Source: Octopus vulgaris (Eukaryota). Taken from it: a stretch of DNA of 64,000 nt. Each line of letters begins with the position of its first letter. Within the stretch, counting starts at the first letter, position 1. Below the pieces are notes generated by a model that saw only the letters and a program-made list of their open reading frames with translations, did no database searches and was not told the origin of the DNA. The position numbers were made by a program, and so were the translations under genes. The stretch is taken from the NCBI GenBank assembly GCA_951406725.2, contig OX597814.1, forward strand, positions 96,968,001 through 97,032,000. Reading direction: 5' to 3'. Positions 56,026-64,000 of this stretch are shown one piece after another.

Positions 56026-56145
56026 TTTTTGAATCTTCTGTTTCTCCAGACCATGCAGATCCAACAATCCACCACCGACCTTTTGTATCTGCATTTTGTA
56101 AATCACTCAGAGTCACTCGCAGTTGGTTATCACCAATAGATTTGT
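56026..56145 (-). CDS. NOM1: NOM1 internal exon (GRWWIVGSAW motif)
   Basis: cattag|AC...AAAA|gtgagt; 120 nt, phase 1-1; QLRVTLSDLQNADTKGRWWIVGSAWSG contains the characteristic NOM1/Sgd1 motif. Confidence 0.95.
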
Positions 56146-57312
56146 CTAATGAAAAACAAACAATATAAATAATATATATATATATATACAATAAATTTCA
56201 TATATTCCAAAAATATGTTGCTTTAATAATTTGATTTTTAATTCTTCCTCAGTAAGAGAAAGTATAATTTATAATCTATTAAACTGAAAATAACAAAGTT
56301 TAGAAGTTTTCAATGTCTTAAGTTGATAAAGCTGATCCAGTTAGTGAGATTGAAAGGATATTTATGTAAGTGGTAGGACTAAGAACATTATAGCTGTACA
56401 ATCTTCCCATTATTAACCACTCAGTTATGAAATGTAAACAGAATCTTTTCTTAACTATTCAACCAATTTTACATAGCTATTGCTGTTTTATTCATTTGTT
56501 TCCTTTTCTGTTTGTTGTGGTAAGATGATCTTTCTACATGAACTTTAGACTATTTGTCAAGAGTCTCAATATTCAGGAAATGAAATAATATGTGAAGCAG
56601 GAAATTAAAAGTTTAGTTAAGTTTAGATATTGATGGCTACAATAAAGTCAGTTAGAAGTTATGCAAGTATAAATGAAAAGGGATAAAATTATTAAAATTG
56701 TAGGACAAAGAAAATTCAAGAAAATGTACATTTATATAATCAAAATCAAGGAAGACACAATGGAATACTGTACATCTCCTACATCAGGGATAACACTACT
56801 GTTAAACATATAAATGTCCCAGACATTTAAGAGAAAGCTATTCAATTGATTTCCAAAGATTCAATGATGAGAACACAACAACCTCTAGCTCACTGATGCT
56901 CTGCCACCTTCTCAGAACAAACTAGAAATAATTGCATATCACCCCAGCACATCTATTCTTCCTCTTGTCACCTGTACTCCACCAATTTTGCACTAACCAC
57001 AATTACCAATTCTTCCTCTGTAAAATTTCCTTCCCTCTTCCAATTCTTCCTCTGAAATTTCCTTCCCTCTTAACTTTTTCTACAAATGTCAACATTCAGA
57101 CACTTAAGATACCTATCTCACCAGTTATGGACGAAAGGCAAAGTCGACCTCAGCGGTATTTTAACTCAGAACATAAAGTTAGAAGAAATGCCACAAAGCA
57201 TTTTGCCTAATACACTAATGATTATGCCAGCTTGCTACAATTACCCGTGCTAGCGTGGAAAACGGACGTTAAACGATGATGATGAATTCAAATAATAAAA
57301 GTAGTTAATTAC

Positions 57313-57546
57313 TTCGAATTAAATGCTTGGCTAATTTTGTAAAACGCTGTAACAGTTCAAATCTTTCTTGGTGATCTCCTTTATAAACATTGTTGTTTTT
57401 AACAGCCAGAAGAGTATCAAGAATAAACCGCATCCGTCCTGGTTCCTCAAAATTGTCGATATTGACAGTGCTAGATTTTTGCTGAATACATGAAATTACC
57501 TCCCTTAGCTGTGTAGGGTCGTCCTTACGCAATCCAAAGCCACAAT
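57313..57546 (-). CDS. NOM1: NOM1 internal exon
   Basis: tttatag|AT...CGAA|gtaatt; 234 nt, phase 1-1; NCGFGLRKDDPTQLREVI...RMRFILDTLLAVKNN fits NOM1 motifs GFxLRKDD and RxRFMLET(I/M)xxLKNN. Confidence 0.93.
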
Positions 57547-57724
57547 CTATAAAGAGAAGAGAAAATCATAAAATAAGCAAAAATATTCAACAAACGAAAT
57601 CATGATTATTTCTTGGTTTAAGAATTGATACAAACAATAACAATATATCTTAACAATAGCCACAGTCATGGATATGGAGTTAAGAGATTTGCATTGGAAT
57701 TACATGGTTCCAGGTTTGAGCCCA

Positions 57725-59816
57725 CTGCATGATGCAGGAGGAAAGAGTTAGAGAAAGTTGTGGCAAAAGAGTCAGCAGAAGTTCGCCATTACCTTCTGCT
57801 GGAGCTGCGTGGAGCTTAGGTGTTTCGCTCATAAATACACACATCACTTGGCTTGAGATTTGAACCCGCGATCCCTTGATCGCAAGTCCGCTGCTCTTAC
57901 CACTAGGCCATGTGCCTCCACATGCAGTGGGGTTAAACCTAATTCAACATGATTAGGAAGCAAACTTCATTACCTCACTGCTATGCCGGTCCAAAATTTA
58001 ACCAAATATGTTTGAAAGCTGAGTCAAGAGAGACAAACAAGTGTATGAAGCTTAATTAGTTTTCTAATAACTGTTGTAACCAAATGATGTAAAACAAACA
58101 GAATAGTGAGAGAGGACCAAAACTAATGAAAAATTGACATCTAAATTTCTTATACTAGTATGTAGTTGTTTGGCGCAAAATAGGTTAAGTGTTAAACAAC
58201 TGGCTGAAAGTTCAAATTTGTATTGTGCTACTAATAGTACTGGTGCACTACTGTGGCAACTGCAAATGCACTTGACCTTAGACAGCCAATGCCTTCCACC
58301 TGTTGAATAAAAATATGATTCATTACTGCTATATACTCAGGGCTAAGATCTTTGAAAAACGAGAAAAAAAACAAGTAGAATAAGTTATTACATATAGATG
58401 TGGAGAGGGATAGGCATATTAGTAAATAAACAATGAGAAGAAAATGATAGTTAAGGTTTTATTAGTAGGCTAAAGCTCATAACTAGTTAAGCAGTTATAA
58501 GGTCAAGCAGACACTTATTCACATCAGGTTGAAGCAAACCTCAAAAATCACTAGAACATTATTGCATAGCTTTAACTGCACAATAAAAACATATGTATGT
58601 GTGTGTGTGTATTAAGAAGGCAATGAGCACAAAAACAAAACATGAAAGGGACAATCTATTATGTATCTATATATATACGCGGTCTGATCAATAAGTATCC
58701 AGACTGTTGCGATAGTAACAAAGTTAAAGCACGCAGAGTGAAGCCACTTAGCACAAATTGACCTTGAACTCTGCTGTACATGTGCACTAAGTTTTGATGT
58801 TCTAGCTAACTTCTGCTGTTTGCAGCAGTGCTTGGAAAGAATGTGTGTAGCTGTTATTGTCACATTGACCATGAATCTGCATCAAATTTTGCCAAAAGCT
58901 TGGCGATATCTGTTCAGAGGCCTATGCAGAAAGTGTATGGAGATGAGTGTATGAGCTGAAAAAATGCCAATAATGACAAACATTCTGGGAGACCTGCAAC
59001 CAACAGAACTGAGAAAAACATCGCAGATATGCATGCAGCTGTGAGGGGAAATCATTGAATCAGCAGCTGTGAGTTATCACAGAATGTGCAGATTAATTAC
59101 AGTTTAGTCCATTTACACTGAAGGTTTGGGTATGAGACTTGTGTCTGCCAAATTTGTGCCAAAACAGCTTTCAATTGACAATGCACCTACCCATTCAGTG
59201 TAGCTTGTGCAGTAGTTTTTGGCTAGGCACAGCATTCCCCAGGTCCAACAGCCACAGTATTTTCCAGATCTTGCCCTTCTGACTTTTTCCTCTTTCTAAA
59301 AATCAAAATCCCACTTGAAACGAAATTTCAGGACATCAAGGAAATCAAAGTGAATGCGATGGGGCAGCTGCTGATCATCCCAGAAAACAAATTCCTGGAA
59401 TGCTTCCATCAATGGAAACAACACTGGATTAAGTGTGTGGCTTCTGAAGAGGACTACTTTGAAGGAGATTAAATGCCAAACTGATACGTGTTGTAGTTTT
59501 GCTTTTATAAGACCAGTCCAGATACTTATTGATTAAATCTTGTATCTATATACCTATACACACACACACATACATATATATATAATGTCATAAAAATAGA
59601 CAAATTGATTATCTGGTATTGCTACAATAGTTTCATTATGAGTCTTTATTGTGACATAAACATGGTATAGTCAGGTATGCAGTATGCACAACATCCATAC
59701 GATTATGTCATATGTTACCTAAGTCTCAACTCATCAGGCTTATCAAATAAACAACTCACCAATGACATGTTTAAGTAACAGAACATCATCATCATCATCA
59801 CCATCATTTAATATCT
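57725..59816 (+). repeat. Copy 2 of ~2.1-kb direct segmental duplication
   Basis: colinear with 49002-51072. Confidence 0.92.
58678..59542 (+). mobile_element. Mariner remnant (duplicated copy)
   Basis: same TIRs, TA TSD, flanks and internal deletion as 49943-50799. Confidence 0.85.
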
Positions 59817-62059
59817 GTCCACCACCACTGGCAAGAATCTTTTGCTGACTAATCTTTTCTGAGCAAAATTTAGTAGACAAAACTTGCATGGAAGCTTGTC
59901 AACATCATCAACATCATCACTATTCAACATCCATTTTCCATGGTAGCATGGGTTGTGTGACTCAATAGGAGCTGGCAGACCAACAAACTGTGTCAAGCTC
60001 CAATGTCTGCTTTGGCATGGTTTCTATAGGTGGATGCCCTTCCTACACAAACATTTTACAGAGGGTAATTTTTAAATGCCACCAGTACCATCATATATAT
60101 ATACAGTACATTTGATATTTTGTTCGTTTTTATGTTCATTTTCTGATACTAGCACAAGTTAGACAAATTTTAACAGCTCTTCCGGTCACTAGTCCTCATC
60201 TGTTTTCCAAATAAGGGACCTCTTATCCCATTATCTTTGAAACTGCAGACGATTTCCTCACAGAAAATGACGACAAACTTTATTACTTATAGTTCCGTAC
60301 AATTTTCATGCAAAGTGTGCAGGATGTAAATATTCACACAGACACACACATGTATTGAGTGTGCATGTATGTGTGTGTGTTTCTGGGTCCTGTCACACTG
60401 ACACTGCTTCACCAACTGTGGGGTTTTAAGTCATTTAACACAGAAGTTCGACATACAAAGACCATGGAAACAAAGTATCTTACTTGAAAAACAACTAAGG
60501 GTTGCTACCAGGAAGAGAGTATCTGGCCACCGAACACTGATTCAAGAAGTCTCATCCAAATAAGAGTGGTAAAAGCCAATGTGAAAACAATGTAAATATT
60601 TTAACATTTTCCCTGCATATACAAGCTGCAAGGCCTAGTGGTTAGAGTGCTGTACTTATGATTGTAAGATTATGGTTTTGATTGCCATACTAGGTAATGC
60701 ATTATATTTTTGTGCAAAACACTTCATTTCATGTTGTTATAGGATCATGTTGATATCTGATTTGTAACACATTGTACAAATGTTCAGGCAACATCAATTT
60801 CGAGGGAATTTGGTAAATAGAAAACTAAAGAAGTTCATCATATATATGAGGCTATTTACACTTGCTCTAAGAAAATAGCAATGTATATATAGGGGGTTGT
60901 TGTTAGTTCTCTTGCAACAAATCATCCACTTGCTTCACATCTTTGAAGCCACATGGAATAGGAGAGCCTTTATTTGAAAAAAGGTTAAAGGTTAGTAATA
61001 GGAAGGGCATCAGGCTGTAAAACAATGGGTCAATAACATATTCATATAATGCATACAAACAAGAGAAAACAGACCTAAAATGAATGAGGGGTGTATTTTA
61101 AAACCAACATGACAGTATCTATGTAAATGCTCAACCAACTCAATGAAAAAAACAAGTCTCTTTCAACAAACTTTGCATAGTCTATATAACCACATTTTTT
61201 TTTCTTTTGCAATTATGATTAAACAAATGGACAGCAGCAGCTAGTTTACAAGCAAAACTCAAAAGAATATGTGCAAGGTGGTGAGTCAGTGTAGACTTAA
61301 AATAAAGCTGACTCATGTTACTCAACAATATGGAATACAATAATAATAATGCAATAATATTGATTTCTTTAACTAGATACAAGGCTAAATTTTTCAAAGA
61401 GATGGATGAATCATTCTTTGTACTTAACTCCTTATTTTATAAAGTGTGAGGGGATGAAGGATAAAGTTGGCCCCAAACAGAGAATTTTAAATGAAGGAAG
61501 TAAATATTATGAAGTTTCACAAATTATTATTTTTGTCAACTCACCACCTTACAACACACTAACAATCCTTTCTGCTATAGGCACAAGACCTGAATTTTGT
61601 TGGGAAGGATCTACTCAATTTCATTGACCCCTGTACTTGACTGGTACTTATTCTACCAACCCCAAAGGGATGAAAAGCAAAGTCAACCTCAGTAGAATTT
61701 GAACAAAGCTAATATAATAGTGGAATGTAGTAATGTAATGAGTCAGCAGACTTCATCCAGGTTTCATGTAGTTAATATAAGTCACAGTTCCTGTAGCTTA
61801 ATTAAACTAATTATCATCATCATCATTGATTTAACGTCCACTTTTCCATGCTTGCATTGGTCCGACAATTTACTGAGGCAGATTTTTCTATAGCTAGATG
61901 TGTTCTATTGCCAACACTTATTTGTGTCAAGGGAAAGCTAATATTTCCCTATGGTCAAACACATTTTCACAGAAGATTGGAAATGGATAACATTCACTTA
62001 CAACATTATAAAATGTCAGGACAAGGAAATACAAACATACACACCCTCATACACACACA

Positions 62060-62430
62060 CATCATCGTTTAAAGTCCACTTTCCATGCTAGCATGGGTTG
62101 GACGATTTAACTGAGGGCTGGCGAACCAGATGGCTGTACCAGGCTCCAATCTTGATGCCCTTCCTAACGCTAACCACTCCCAGAGTGTAGTAGGTGCTTT
62201 TACGTGCCACCGGCATGGGGGCCAGTCAGGCGGTACTGGCAACGACCTTGCTTGAATCTTTTTACACATGCCACCGGCACAGGTGCCAGTAAGGCGATGC
62301 CGGTAACAATCATGCTCGAATGGTGCCTTTTACGTGCCACCGGCATGGAAGCTAGTTAACCGCTCTGGCAACGATCATGCTCAGATGGTGCTCTTAGCAC
62401 CCTACTAGCATGGGGCACAAGTACCAGTAA
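62060..62430 (-). mobile_element. RTE-tail SINE/LINE 3' end with internal tandem repeats
   Basis: (GAT)n tail plus 'catgctagcatggaaa' terminus; 3-4 copies of a GGTGC-TTTTACGTGCCACCGGCA unit; family recurs at ~1500, 21850, 23860, 35200, 45860, 62450. Confidence 0.7.
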
Positions 62431-62896
62431 ATACATATGTATATCATTATCATCATCATCCTTTAATGTCTGTTTTCCATGCTGGCATGGGTTGGATGGT
62501 TTGACAGGAGCTGGCCAGCTTAAGAGCTGCCTGGGCTCCATGTCTGTTTTGGCATGGTTTCTATGGCTGGATGCCCTTCCTAACAAACATACATTCAAAC
62601 ATTTGTATGACGGGCTTCTTTCAGTTTCCACTTTACAAAATCCACTACCAAGGCTTTAGTTGACCCAGGGTCCAAGGTGCCAAACAGTGGGACTGAACCT
62701 GGAAACATGTGGTTTGGAAGCAAACTTCTTTTATCACACACTTGTGCCAGCACCTATGCCACATCTGCACCTACAATTAATTAATTGATTAAATTTCAAA
62801 ATGTTATTGTTAATTTACATGCCATGCAAACATTAATCAAGAATGATAGACATAGTGTTCATGTACAATATGACAATATTGAAAATGGATTTTTAC

Positions 62897-62990
62897 TTTT
62901 GAATATTATTGAAAGAATTTCCACATCTTTTTCTTGAAAAGAATCCATAAATAACCTGATCAGGTCAAACAACAGAGTGGAATGGAATAT
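62897..62990 (-). CDS. NOM1: NOM1 internal exon (end of MIF4G domain); gene continues beyond the window end
   Basis: ttccag|ATA...AAAA|gtaaaa; 94 nt; IFHSTLLFDLIRLFMDSFQEKDVEILSIIFK resembles NOM1/Sgd1 'LLIFDILKKLIGTFTEKDIELILLMLK' (recalled); ends in phase 1 and joins the next exon in frame. Confidence 0.9.
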
Positions 62991-64000
62991 CTGGAAAAAA
63001 TATATACAAAATATAAAATATACATAAAAAAGAGAAAAAATATATACATAATATAAAATAATAATAATTGTTTCTAATTTAAGTACAAGACGTGCAATTT
63101 TGAGGGGAGGGGGGCAAGTCAACCACATTGACCCTAGTTCTTGATTGGTATTTAATTTTATTGATCTTGAAAGGGTGACAAACGAAGATGATCTTAGCAG
63201 TATTTGAAAGCAAACTGTAAAGTACTAGAACAAATAACAGCAGCAGCAGGAAAATAAAGAGAGAGGGGGAGGAGGTGATAGTGGAAGCAGTACCAATAAC
63301 AATAATCACTATCATCACCATTATTGTCATTTACTTCCAGCATGGGTCAACCATGTTGTCACAGTGTAGGTCAGTTCTTATTGTTGAGAGTCACTGGCCT
63401 CATAAGCAGATGGGAGGATTGTCTTGTTCATCCATTTCATTTTTGTTTTGGTTTCTACGGTCTGCATGCATTTTATCATGGCACCAACATAAAAGGGGTT
63501 GTCATGTCCTTGGCAAGATAACCTCACTAGTGCTGGTGCAATGGCAAAGTATTCCTCATGACCCTATTCTTTTTTTCCACTCATTCAATTACTTTACAGA
63601 ATGTACTGGGTGCATTTCATTGAGATACCAGCACTAATGGAGTCTGTCATGTCCTTAATGGAACAGGACTAAAGGGGCCTCTTTCCCTGTTCCTTTGCCA
63701 TGCATTTTGCATTGTGTATGGATGCATTTTATCATAGCACCAGTATGAGAAGTTATCTTGTATGCCATAAGAATAAAAAGTACCCACTTCTCTAAGGCTT
63801 GTACATTTGTTCAAGATAATGAGAGAGAGAGAGCAATAGCAAGAATATATTTAAAAGAACTAATGTTACTACACAAAAATGCCATGACAATTGCTTCTGA
63901 TAGGACCCTATGAAGGAGATACCTGAAGACACAACCCCCATGACTTTCAGAAATAGCACGTGGAAAAGATTGGTGGACTGAAGTAGATTTTGTGACCAGA

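Noticed and set aside
61182-61397. Hydrophobic minus-strand ORF as an extra NOM1 exon
   Set aside because: The flanking exons already join into contiguous NOM1-like sequence (IIFK-NCGFGLRKDD); no recognisable homology.

Overview
AT-rich, microsatellite- and SINE-dense animal genomic DNA. The repeat families suggest a cephalopod such as Octopus (inference, not verified). The only host protein gene I can support is the 3' part of NOM1 (nucleolar MIF4G/MA3-domain protein) on the minus strand: seven GT-AG exons from 62990 to the stop at 35877, all joining in frame. The rest is mostly decayed mobile DNA: a Ty3/Gypsy LTR remnant, mariner and DD37D (maT) remnants, two Helitron-like elements, a hAT MITE, LINE fragments, many SINEs and several Penelope-like (PLE) remnants. 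The most unusual signal is a set of mutually unrelated, mostly palindromic elements, usually next to (TA)n or other simple repeats, that each carry a minimal hammerhead-ribozyme-like motif. The motif cores co-vary at the tertiary 3:8 pair (C:G, U:A, G:C). One element is a ~2 kb near-perfect palindrome in the last NOM1 intron. NOM1 introns also hold an older ~2.2 kb fold-back with a well-preserved central hairpin, and a ~2.1 kb direct duplication flanking two symmetric phase-1 exons. Coordinates were read by eye; no folding, alignment or database search was run.
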